Shown piece by piece: positions 10,708 through 22,940 of a stretch of DNA of 64,000 bases. Numbering within the stretch: position 1 is the first letter of the stretch; every line of letters starts with the position of its first letter. The DNA comes from Azolla caroliniana. Taxonomy: Eukaryota > Plantae > Polypodiophyta. The position numbers and the translations under genes are program-made. The notes beneath the pieces were generated by a model that worked only from the letters and a program-made list of their open reading frames with translations, ran no database searches and was not told the origin of the DNA. The stretch spans positions 12,462,001-12,526,000 of the forward strand of contig JBHGNT010000003.1 of assembly GCA_043228905.1 (NCBI GenBank), read 5' to 3'.

Positions 10708-13700
10708 TGTTACGGGCATGACCATATAATATCCCGTGGTGAGAATTTACCGTAGTATTCTATACACGTGGATAAGTGTGAGGGTTAAACGAGAGTGTAA
10801 AGAAGGGGGGGATTACTTTTAATACTCGGGATTGAGACAACCCATTAGGCCAAGTGTGAATTTGCTTGGGGGCCTTGGGTATTGCTATAAATATGCGGCC
10901 TAACTACCCTCATTTCATCATCTCTTGACTACATCAAGACTTTGTTCTTATCGTGGGTCAACTCTTGTAGCGAGCGCGCCATCACTAGGTACGACACGAC
11001 GGTCGTATGGGACGCTGATCGAGGCTCGAGTCCGTCTCGATCCCTTTGCTCGGGGGTGGTTAGGTGGATCGGGACCCTTCTTTCTCTCTCTCCTTTCTTA
11101 TTTCTTATATCTTTTATCCTTATCATATGCTTACGTTAGATCATCGCTCTAACAGTTGGTATCATAGCTCATGTTTCTAATGTTTCTTTTGTTGGTTTTT
11201 GTTTTCTTCTTGATTGTTGGTGATTGATCGACGTGCAATCAACCTTGATCCAAATAACAATCAACAAAGGACCTTCGGTAACTTTTCCTTATTTTTTTTC
11301 TTATTCTTTCTTCTCCCAATCTAATCATATATAGTCAATATGTGTTGTTTTTCATTGATTCAATGATGTTGTAGTGGTAATTAATTGGTTGTATAAAACA
11401 TTTACATATGTGTATGAGGTCAATACCTCATTTGACATATATTTGATATGTGCTTTGTGTCATATGCATACGAGGTTAATACCTCAATTGCGTATTACAT
11501 TCACATACATATGTTACATATGCGTATAAGGTCAATAGCTCGTTTTTTATGTAAATGATATGCATTTGGTGTCGTACGATTAACCCTTATTTTTGGATGT
11601 TTCATGTGCGTAGAGGCAATATGCCTCGATTACGTGTCTCGATTTCATCATATGTTAGCTATTTGATCATATGTTAATATACGTATATGTGGTCACGTGT
11701 ATACGTATTTGATCGTATATGTGTGATAAATATACATATGTATAGATAAGTTATAACGTAATTTCTATATCGAATGTTGTCCTTTTCGGGGAAAGGATCT
11801 TGGTGGCTGTCCTCACATTTTTGTGAGAATGGCATAGTCACCATCCTTTTATCAACAATCTTTTTTGTTGCCATCCCCGTTGGTCACTTTGATTTCATTA
11901 CGTAACGAAATGATCATAGCGACAATGATGGTGAGAACGTAGGGCTTGACCCACTTCATGTGAGGTCACTCCTATGTCACTGATATCCAACATGCCTCAC
12001 TCATTACATGGATACGATGCCACTATCAGATCATTCTTATGAAAGGCATTCGTAATGACGTAACCATGTGATAGGCCACGTGGGCCTACTACGAAAAGAG
12101 GGCTCATTTGGCTTGACCATTAGGTTGCACTTTGGTGTATGCCATCGTAATTATGATACTTGAGGTTAGGTAACGTACCAACATAGTTTGTGGTAAACGA
12201 GAAGGAAATAAGGACTCTTGACATATAAGTTTCTTTTAAAAAAACATATATAGGTAAATGCCTCACATATCATTTATACGCATAAAACATTAAACATCCA
12301 AGATGAGCAACCTATTTGATTAGCTCAAGTGTTTAATGCATAGAAACATAGTTTATTTATTGTTAACATTCTTTTCGTGTATAAACTATTCATGACGCGA
12401 ACATACATGCTTGAGCCTTGGGGAACCGCCATAAAAAAATCGATATAGAGATCAGGGAAAGACATTCATTTGTCACCCCCATGGTTTAAAAAACACCTTT
12501 GTGTTACCATAGTAACCTGATCTTAAACCTCATCTCATACGTCTAGAGGGGTATTCACGTGAGATCATCATATCGATTAATGTTGGCCCATGATATGTTT
12601 ACATCACGACCTGATGCTATCACTATTTTTCTGACCTTATCTAATTTCTTTGTCAGAAATAATCATTCAATGGCTCAAAATAACAACACGATGCCATCCG
12701 CTTAAGCAAAAGGAACTCAAGGAAATCCTCCTAGACTAATGTCCATTGAGTCAAATTTTCTACAAATACAACATTTCCTTAGTTTCATTGTGCATCAGAT
12801 GTCCGAATTTCGGCAATCTTAAAGTGCTCTTGAGGCACGTGTCATTAGTTTACAACGTGAGACTAATAGACCCGATGAGCATCAGGTGAACCATCATTTG
12901 TCATAAAGCCATTTACGGGAGAAAAAAAGGAAAGAGCCGACGAAGCAATCTGCACATGGCTGGGCCGACGGGAGTCTCATTTTGAGCTCAATCCCACGCC
13001 ATATAGTACGAAGATTGTATATGTCGGCCAAGAACTAGGGGTAAAACCTAGTGACATGGGCTCCAAACTTTGGGGAAATTGCCTGATACTTAGATAGATT
13101 TTGTCACAATTTTTTAAGGGCCAATTTCTACAACCCCCCTCTCAAACTGAGGCAGCACAAGCTTTAATGAGTTGCCTCTCTAGCAGGAAGTTTTCCTCGA
13201 TAGAAGACTATGTTCACCATGCTAGAACCCAAATCCAAAAACCGGGTCTAGAAGGGGACAATTGGTTTATAGCTTTTTTTGTGAATGACATCCCAAATTC
13301 GGACTATCACTAGATAGTGCACAATAAGGATCCAAAATCCTTCGAAGAGGCCATTTAAATAATTCTTCACTATCAACACACTTTGAAGAAGGAGGTCCCA
13401 TAACAAACCCAACGAAGTGCCCAGGACTAAGCCGTCAGACAATTGGTTGATAGCTTGTTTTGTCAAAGGTATCCCGAATTTGGACTATAACTAGATAGTG
13501 CACAATAAGGATCCAAAATACTTCGAAGAGGCCGTTGAAATAGTTCTTCGCTATCAACGCACTTTGAAGAAGGAGGTCCCATAACAAACCCAACGAAGCA
13601 CCCGAGACTCAGCCATCGCAATTCACTGGGAAACACAAGATACCGAACAAATTCATGGATCGCGATTGTAAGCGACAACATCCTTTTTGCGTATTCTCCA

Positions 13701-16700
13701 AAAAGAAGGGTCATACAAAAGAACAATGTCGAAAGCTCCAACAGGAAGAGCACGACAACAAAGCAAAAGTTGCAGACCATAAATGTCAAAAATTCCTAAT
13801 GTCCTTGAGGTCTATAAACATCATTTAAGTAATTGTCAATGTTCTTTCCCTTACTATGTATTGGGAACCAATGATTTACTACGTGCAAATAGGTATATCA
13901 ATGGATCTCCCGTACAATTTTTATTTGATTCGGGAAGCTCACAGAATTTTGTGAATGATCCTTTGGTTCAGATATGGGGAATCCAACCCACCGTAAGTGA
14001 TCACAACTACACGGTGCACTTGGCGGATAGAAGAGTACAATACATCAACGGGGCGATTCATTTATTAGGAATTTCTATTGATACTTATATAGAGGAAATA
14101 GACTTCCATGTAATGAATCTTTGTACCACTGATATAATACTGGGTTATCCATGGTTTTTAAATAAAAACTCTTCTTTATCTATTGATTGTGTTCATCATT
14201 CAATTACTTTTGTATTGAACGATTGTACTCATTTTATTCAATGTGTTAAAAAACAATCTCTTTCGATTGTTTCCTCGCCATCAATATCTGAATTGTCTTG
14301 TTCTACTTTATTTGATTGTGTACTTGATCCGGACATTCACGTTTACAATATCGATAATGTCTTGGTTCAATTATCATATTTTGAACAACAAGAACTCGAT
14401 GAAATCTTAAATGATTTTGGTAATGTTTTTCTGAGTGAACTACCACATGGGTTACCTCCTAATCGTAATATAGACCATCGTATAGACATTGTACCTGGCT
14501 TTGCACCAATAAGTATACCTCCTTATCGCTTAAGTCGATCCGAAGAGGATGAGGTATCTAAGCAAGTCAAGGACTATTTAGGAATGGGTTATATACATTA
14601 TAGTAAATCTCCATGGGGTGCAATTGTTCTCTTGGTAAAAAAGAAAGAGGGCACATGGTGTATGTGTATTAATTACCGACACCTAAAAAAAGTGACGATC
14701 AAGAATTCATATCCATTGCCCCAGACTGATGATCTAATTGACCGTCTCCAGGGAGTTCGGTATTTTACAAAACTTGATCTTTGTACAGGCTACCATCAAA
14801 TTCGTATTAGTGAGGACGATGTTCCTAAAACGACATTTCGTATGCACTATGGCCATTATGAGTTTTTGGTTACGCCTTTTGGTTTGACTAATGCTCTAGC
14901 TACATTTCAGCAAGAAATCAACGACATTTTCCAAGAACAACGTGGAAAATTTGTCGTTATTTTCTTGGATGATATTCTAGTTTATAGTCGTACATTATAA
15001 GAACATGCTAAACATGTCCGCTTTGCTTTGCAAACATTGCACGACAAGCAATTCTACACGAAGATCTCAAAATGCAAGTTCTTCAAGAAATCAATTACTC
15101 ATCTTGGACATCTCATAACCGAACGAGGAGTTGAAATTGATCTTTCTTACATCGAGAAAATCAAACTTCGGCCCAGTCTTCGTAATATTGGAGAAGGTCG
15201 ATCATTGCTTGGTTTTGTCGGGTTTTTGTGAAAATCCCTTCGTAATTACTCCCAATTGACGACGTCATTTACTAATATTCTAAAAGGTCAAACGTGTAAG
15301 TCTACAAAACCTATTGTGTGGAATGCTACACTACACCTCGCCTTTGAGGAACTCAAGAACCTAGTGTGCAAGGCTCCTTTACTTCTTTTACCCAATCCTT
15401 CAAAACCTTTTGAGGTTGAAACCAGTGCAAGTGATTATGCTATAGGTGTTGTCTTATATCAAGATGGTAAACCATTCGAGAGTAAGAAACTTGATTCTGT
15501 TCAATGTCAATATACGGTTCAAGGAAAGGAATTATTTGCAGTTATACATGTGCTCAAAACATGGCACCATTATCTTTATGGCAATCATTTTGTGGTAACT
15601 ACGGACCACAAGTCCTTTAAATATTTTTGTGACAAACAAGACTTGAAAGGTTGTAAGGCACGATGGGTTGATCTCATCCAGGACTTTGATTTTTCCATAC
15701 GATATCGTAAAGGTTCCATGAACACTATCGTTGATGCACTAAGTCGCATCCGTGAAGGTAACATGCTTAGCTTCATTGAAATAACATCAGATTTTTATGA
15801 TCACCTTTGAGGAAAGTATCCTGATAACAGTTATTTTGTGAAATATTGGGTAAGAGTTGAGTCTCGAACGAACACCACCACATCCTCGAAGGAATCCTTC
15901 CACATTGCTAATGGTAATGGGAAGGTTTGTGTTCCAAATTTGCTTGAGGTCAAAAAGAAAATTCTTTTTGAATGCCATGATGCACCTTAGAATAAATCGT
16001 ACACTCGTTCTCATCTCCATGCAATTCTATTGGCCTAAGATGCGTCTTGACATACATAGATAGCTATGTGACTAAATGTCACCAATGTCAAGTTAAAAAA
16101 GCCGAGCGACTTAAAGCCGCGGGACTTTTACATCCCTTGGACATTCCTAATAATAAGTGAGAAAGTATATCCATGGATTTTATTGTTAGCCTTCGTCGCA
16201 CCCAAAAAGGCCATGATACCATCTGGGTTGTGGTTGATAGACTAACTAAAATGGCCAGATTTACTGCTACTAAAACCACGGTAACAGCTCCTAAATTGGT
16301 TTGCCAATTCGTTGAAGAGTTATTTCTTTTTTATGGGTTACCGATGGATATCGTGAGTGATCGAGATCCAAAGTTTACTAGTGACTTATGGACGCAAGTC
16401 TTTAAGAAGTTAGAAACTGCGTTGAGCATGAGCTCAAGGAATTATCCTCAATCCGATGGACATACAGAACGAGTAAATCAAATTATTGAGGACATGCTTC
16501 GAGCATATGTTGGTACAAAACCAACAAAATGGGAACATTATCTCCCAATTTTGGAGTTTGCTTATAACAGATCTAAGCATACATCAATGGGATATAGTCC
16601 TTTTATGTTGATGTATGGTTTATAGCCACCAACCCCGATTGATGTTAATATACATCATGATGAGTTGCGAAGTATACAAAACTTTCTTTGGGATATGCAA

Positions 16701-17652
16701 GATATGTTGCATATTGCACGAGATAATTTAAAAACAGCTTGAGATAGAGTGCATTTTTACGCCAACCATAATAGACAACCTCGTGTATTCAACCTTGGAC
16801 AGAAGGTATTTTTACGTCTACCTCACAATTCTAAGACATTGTCAAAGGGTAAGTGCGCTAAGTTAACCCCACGGTTTTCTGGACCTTTTCAAGTCCTCAA
16901 TTGCATTGGTTCATCAACCTATCATCTCGTTCTTCTCGATGGTATTGAAATTCATCTAGTTTTTCATGTAAGTCGTCTAAAAGAACTTCTAGGTTCTGGT
17001 GATAAATCAGTTATAACTGAAACTCTGGTTACTTCTGAAGAATTATCTTCTAAACCACATGTACTAAAAATCTATATGCTAAAATAATGCGAGAATTTAA
17101 AATTAAATGGATGCATAAATCTATCAAAGATGCCACATGGGAACGCGAAAATACTCTTAGAACTAACTTCCCTAACTTTCCATTGCAAGAGTGCAATGTT
17201 TTAAAGGGGGGGGAGTACATTACGGGCATGACCATATAATATCCCGTGCTGAGAATTACCGTAGTATTCTATACACGTGGATAAGTGTGAGAGTTAAATG
17301 AGAGTGTAAAGAAGGGAAGGATTACTTTTAATCATCGGGATTGAGACAACCCATTAGGCCAAGTCTGAACTTGCCTGTGGCGCCTTCAGTATCGCTATAA
17401 ATATAAGGACTAGCTACCCTCATTTCATCATCTCTTGACTACATCGAGACTTTGTTGTTGTGGTGGGTCAACTCTAGTAACAAGCGTGCCAGCACCAGGT
17501 ACGACTCGACGCCGATCAAGGCTCGAGTTTGTTTCGATCCCTTCCCTCATGGGTGGACTGGTGGATCGGCACCCTTTTTTCGCTCTCTCTCCTTTCGTAT
17601 TTCTTATATCTTTTATCCTTATCATATGTTAGATTAGATCATCGCTCTAACA
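10708..17652 (+). mobile_element. Full-length decayed chromoviral gypsy element A2
   Basis: LTRs 10708-11154 and 17218-17652; PBS TGGTATCATAGC; PPT AAAGGGGGGGGAG; TSD CTACG/CTATG. Confidence 0.93.
12669..17200 (+). pseudogene. gag-pol: A2 gag-PR-RT-RH-IN-chromodomain
   Basis: LFDSGS protease, [16 protein letters not shown] / IVSDRDPKF / PQSDG integrase, KIKW..KSIKDATWE chromodomain. Confidence 0.92.
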
Positions 17653-17947
17653 CTATGGCTGTGTAAAGATGGGAGATAATGGAGCATGCAAGATAGCTGG
17701 CATCGGAAGTGTATGTCTGACAACATCAACTAGTTGTAGACTGATCCTAAGGGATGTTCGACATGTGGCCGATATCAGGCTTAATCTGATATCGATTGGA
17801 AGCTTGGACTATGAAAGCTATAATGGTAGTTTTCAAAACAGCATGTGAAAGTTCTATAAAGGAAGTCTCATAGTGGCTCGAGCATAGAAACAGGGTACAT
17901 TGTTTAGCCGATCCGGGCCTAACCGATTGAGCGTACAATGTTGTAGT

Positions 17948-18016
17948 CCCTACAATGATGCAATAGTGTTCTCCGCTCCTATTGCCATTTCCGTCTCTGT
18001 ATTCTTAATATACCCT
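17948..18016 (+). pseudogene. psbD: Short fragment of plastid photosystem II D2 gene
   Basis: Translates [23 protein letters not shown] versus PsbD [22 protein letters not shown]. Confidence 0.75.
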
Positions 18017-18279
18017 GCTTGCTTGCTTGCTGCCCAAAAGCTATCGACTTGAAGGGGTCCCTGCCAATGCTAGGCCATGTAGTTAATCTGTGTTTGCGGT
18101 CCACTAACGCATGAACCGCCGGCCGCATTTGGTCCCTATGACGTTGTTAGCGCTAGGTAAGCTTCTAACCACCGGGACGGTGGAGGTCTGAATTATTCTA
18201 AATTTGTTCTATAACCTGAAATTTCGTATATAGAAAGATCGTTGGCAATTGCCTTTGTTCCATGGCTTTCTCTCTCTGA

Positions 18280-18366
18280 GGAAGGGTGGCCGAGCGGTTT
18301 AAAGTGTAGCACTGGAAATGATATGTAGACTCTTGTTTACCGAGGGTTTGAATCCCTCCCCTTCCT
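18280..18366 (+). tRNA. trnS-GGA: Plastid-type tRNA-Ser(GGA), probably a pseudogene copy
   Basis: Acceptor GGAAGGG/CCCTTCC, TGGCCGAGCGG D-arm, GGA anticodon, long variable arm; lesions in the anticodon stem and T-loop (GGTTTGAATCC). Confidence 0.85.
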
Positions 18367-19059
18367 TGCCATGAATACCCCATCCACGATTTGATAAAAA
18401 AAAAAACCTAAAGCCGCCGCCTTCAGCAGCAAGTCGACAATTAATTTGGTAAATGAATTCACGATTCTTCAATACTTTCACCCGCCCTATTGACTGGCTC
18501 GTTCAGGCATGATTCATCCGGAAACGGTGGCTTTGCGATTCACACAAGTGATGCAAGGATTATCGTATAATAACAATCCCTGGGATGCCCGTGATGAGAA
18601 CCTTGGCTTGCTCCTTTCTTTTGGTGTAGGAATGGCTTTAGAGCAAACACCCCCAGCCGCCGTACTCGGGTATGCGATCTTCCAACGTTGTGAATGAGAA
18701 GTTTGCTTCATATGCACAAAACTAGTTGAGAAGATTGGCCCATCAATCGAACCCACCACGGCCCCAGAACCTTTTCGCTTTGGCGCGGATGAAGCGGTTG
18801 CCAGCACGCATTCCAAAGCCGCCCATCAAGGAACCCTAACGAAAAGCATATAGAATCTTTGGGTAGGGATCCTTAATTGATGATAAGGCTGCCAGGATAC
18901 GGCGGAATCTCATGACCGGCCTCGACGCGGTTTCGCTTAAGGTTTCAGCCCTCCGATTAAACGGCCATGATTATAAAGAATCAATGCTCACTACGATTTT
19001 TATGAAAACCCTGCCTGAACTTTATCATGGCTTGCAGTCCACTTAAATAATTTGCTACT

Positions 19060-19469
19060 GTTCTATCGGTTTTCAAACGGATACATAGATTTTGAACATC
19101 GAAGGAAGAAAGCATATTATGCGCCACTCCGGACTATCCATTTTAATTCCTGTGGTTTTCGAGGTATCATATCAATATACGTCTTGGAATTCCGATCGAT
19201 ACTCGCGGAGTTGATTATCCTTCTCAAAAATGAAGATTCGGAGTAGTCTATAACTCACCAAGCATTTGATATAACCCATGCATTCGTGTACGAATTGGTG
19301 TAGATGAAATCACTTCTGCAAGTTTGGTAATTAGTATATCCCTATCAGCCGGCCGGTGGGAGCGAGAAGTGCGGGATACGTCTGGTTTACATTCTTCTAA
19401 TTATCCTGATTTACGCCGTACATTAACCGATTACGGTTTCGAGGGTCATTTATTATGAAAAGACTTCCA
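19060..19469 (+). pseudogene. nad9: Mitochondrial NADH dehydrogenase subunit 9, unedited DNA copy, 3'-truncated
   Basis: Frame from 19075: KRIH...TPDYPF*...GVDYPSQK*RFGVVYN...SAGRWEREVRDTSG...PDLRRTLTDYGFEGH.L*KDF. Confidence 0.92.
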
Positions 19470-19530
19470 TCCAATCCGGTTCTCGGTTTTTTCAGCCGAT
19501 CGGGCCCAAATTGAGCTTGCTTGCTCAACA

Positions 19531-21224
19531 CTCCCCCTCAAGCTCATCTTGAGTTTTTCTGTCAGTTCTAACTAGTCCACTACACCAGCATCTTAAGGCT
19601 TCACACCTCCTAGCTCGCACACATCCTTGACCTACTTGGTTGGCTTGCCTGCTGCTAAGGCCTTTGCTAGCCTTTTTCTTGCGTCTGTGAGTTAGGTGCC
19701 CCTCGATCCATTAGCTCTCCCGCCTTGGCATCGTCTTTGGCAACGTTCTCGTCAATCTGGCGTTCATGTCATTCGGCTCGTCCGAATTACTCTTCTTAAC
19801 CAAATTGATTGTCTCTAATTCGTCTTCTTCCTAACCACATCTAACCATGTCCTGGTTCTGGCCTTCTTGTTCAGGTCGACTCTACCCTTCTTGGCTCTAC
19901 CACCTAATTTTCCTTTCTCAACTCTACTCTCCTCTTGTTCGGCTGGCTCTGGCTCATTGTTTTGCCCACTCCCCCTGCATCCGTCCTCAGCTTCTTCAAT
20001 CATCCCGAATTTGAATTCCTCATCCGATTCGTCTCTTTGGACTTCAGCTCTCTCCCTCTCGCGCATGCTTCTCTGACTTCTCCCCATAAACTTCGGAATG
20101 TTGAGGTGTTGCACGCCAAGCGCACTCGAAAACTGTGGCAACTTGTCCAAGCTAAGAGGTTTGGTGAAGATATCGGTAGCTTGCCGATTTGTCGGAACAT
20201 ATATAGTTCCACTTCGCAGGACATGACACACTCTCAGACAAAAATGTTAATGCACCTGAATGTGCTTTGTTCGGGTGTGAAAAATGGGGTTCTTGGCTAG
20301 TTGGATGCTACTAAGGTTGTCATAGTATATCAATGATGGCTAGGACACCTCCATCTATTGATCCTTCATGAGCCTCTTAAGCCATATGGCTTCGCATCTA
20401 GCGACAACCGCTCTTCGAAATTTGGTCTCAGTATTCGACAGTACCACTGTCTGCTACTTCCTACTCCTCCATGAAATCATTGCATTTCCCAAGGAAAAAG
20501 TGTATCTAGACGTTGATCCACGATCACCAGCATTTCCGCCCCTGTCAGCATCAGTGTAGCCAACAAGTTATTCAGCTACACCGGTCCGATACAACAACGC
20601 TTTATCCTTAGTGCCATTGACATATCTCAAGATCCTTTGCACACACCGAAAGTTGTTCGGTCTTCAGGTGTGACATAAACGGACTTATTAGACCAACCCA
20701 ATAGCTGAGGTTCGACCGAGTGATGGTCAAGTATATTAAGCTTCCGACTATCTATCGGAACCATGTCGAATGGCGCGCCATTCCCGATTCGGGGTGAAGC
20801 TTCACGTTTCAATCTAGAGGAGTCGAGAAAGATTTGCAATCCATCCTTCCGAACTTGAAGAGCATACTCAACATATGATGTCATTGGCTGATCAATATGC
20901 CTTCAGGGCCGCAGATTACTTCGATCTCGAGGAAGTAGTGAAGGTCCCCCAGATCCTTCATCTCAAACGATGCTGCTAGTAGAAACTTTATGCGGCAGAT
21001 CTCCTCTAAGTCGGTGCCGGTCATGACCAAATTGTCAACATAAAGTGGAAAACTTACCGGCCCATGCCGACTCTAATGGATGAATAGTGAAGAATCTAAT
21101 TTCGATGTAGCAAACCCGATCCGACTTAGTCGCCGCGTGATCTTTGCATTCCAAGCATGCAAGGCTTTCTTTGGTCCATACAAGGACTTCTTCAAATGAC
21201 AAATAACTGACATGTTCAATCTGG
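19531..21224 (-). mobile_element. pol: Copia 3' fragment (RT, RNase H, 3' UTR, PPT)
   Basis: KKSLYG, YVD, DIFTKPL motifs; PPT GAGGGGGAG followed by TGTTG. Confidence 0.85.
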
Positions 21225-22920
21225 TGTTGTGGAAATTGGCGACGAGCGGGTCAGCTCGGGTGGGACAACCGGGGTCTCAGACCAAGGAGCCTAAGGATGG
21301 ACGGTTGCTATGATTGTGGTGTACTATCTGGCTCGATTGTCTGAGTCCTGTATTGAGCACATGGGCTTGTAGACTCAAGTGGATACGCAAGAACAGAGGA
21401 GAGGAGAAGCGACACTTTCTCGGACATAGAAACAGAGATAGGAAGGTAAACACAATACAAAGAGAGAGAGAGAGAGAGACCAGATATAGTAATACCAAAT
21501 GATAAATTAATGACAGAAATTGAATACATAGAGATGCCTTTCAGCCGGCTACTAGAGCTTCGAGCTCGGCAGAAACAGACACGGACTAGTGAGCCCTTTG
21601 GTCGGGAGCACACGAGCTTCCTACATGAGCAAAGGCCTCACCCTATCTAACCGAATGCACAAAGAAAAAAACCAAAACACTCAACAACACAAACTGACAA
21701 CACCTTCGCCTCCAAAACGAGGGGTCCCCCTCAACAATCACCTTCCCTCCCTTTTATAGCTCCAAGGTGAGGGAACGTTGATGTTACATCAAGCTATTAT
21801 TACATCCGCTTCTATTACCCATCCTCCCATGATTTTCTGCCATCACACACTATTATTCCCCACTATTAAAGACTCCTACTATGTACTTATTAATACTTCA
21901 CTATTTACATTTGTTTGTACACAAGACCTCATTCATGTGCACCCACGCACACCCTTGTTCACACGCATCCCACTAGCGTTTTTTCTAGTTGCCTGAATCC
22001 TCTACGACATCCACCGCCACCAAAGTGTGCACCCTCCAACATGTGTCAAGTAGTGAAGTAGTGGACAATTCCGGATTCTTCTCTCACTCATCCTCCTCTA
22101 ATCTGTCACCAATCCGATCTCTTCCCGACTCATCCTCGTCTTTCACCTTTGGATCCGGTTCTCCCTCTTGCTGCTTCTTGAAGATCTTGATCCACTTCCC
22201 CGCAACTGGTACAACCATCCTTGTCCTATCGAGCTCCGCAAGGTGGTACATGGAATTGTCATTGGTGTTGATCACCACATATAGCCCAAACCATTGTCTT
22301 GCGAACTTCCACGTCGACTGTGCTGGCTGTCGAGGATACTATCGTAGACCAGCACCCAATTGCCTTCTTCTATCTTCCTCGGTCGCAGTCGAAGCAACTG
22401 GTCAAATCGTTCCTTCTTCTTCATCCGTGCCTCCTGTACTTTCTCCCTTGCTCACTCCACATCCTCGCGGTCAACAACTCCTCCCAGCTCATTTAGTTCA
22501 TCCAGTCGACCACCATCCACGAAGTAATGGTCCTTTCTACCGGCATGATCAGCTTTTGCCTGAACATGAGCTTGGACAACATGTACCTTGATACCAAACT
22601 GTGCGTAGTCCGGTCGGCCCACAATGCATATGGTAGAAGTCGAGGCCAATTTCCGATGCATATGTCACGAAGCGGTGCACGTCGTTGTACATTCTCGGCC
22701 ACCAATACCTCTCCTTGAGCTTCTCGAATGTAGCCCATGCTCCCCAATGTCCGTACCAGGGACTCTCATAAAACTCAGCTAACGACACCACCAAAACGAT
22801 ACCCCACAACTCTCGCTTAACTTGGGTGTATCCTCGCTTTTGCTTGCTCAAAACCTTTGCACCGAATCAGATGGTGAACCTCGTGCCGCCTTCTTCCTCC
22901 TGATTCCGATCGGACTCGTG
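21225..22920 (-). mobile_element. Gypsy family E remnant: deleted RH/integrase plus 3' LTR (21225-22009)
   Basis: YWWPRMYNDV, LPYALWADRTT integrase pieces; TG...CA LTR after a G-rich tract. Confidence 0.75.
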
Positions 22921-22940
22921 TTGAGAATTTACCGTAGTAT

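Larger units (their letters stand above)
9671..17903 (+). mobile_element. Copia fragment: LTR 3' end, PBS, gag, protease; split by A2
   Basis: Met-type PBS TGTATCAGAGC at ~9718; UBN2-type gag, WVIDS protease; DYG|CVKMGD continuous across the A2 insertion. Confidence 0.85.
17904..19525 (+). other. Organelle-derived nuclear insertion (NUMT-like mosaic)
   Basis: Non-TE segment containing nad9, trnS-GGA and psbD homology; boundaries approximate. Confidence 0.8.

Noticed and set aside
18280-18366. Functional nuclear tRNA gene
   Set aside because: Organelle-type sequence with a T-loop C>T change and an anticodon-stem mismatch, embedded in an organellar insert.
18422-18492. Possible rps4 C-terminus (INLVNEFTILQYF)
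   Set aside because: Similarity too short and weak to support.
20730-20850. Apparent foreign insert in copia RT
   Set aside because: The minus strand translates as ordinary RT (MDCKSFSTPL…IVGSLIYLT).
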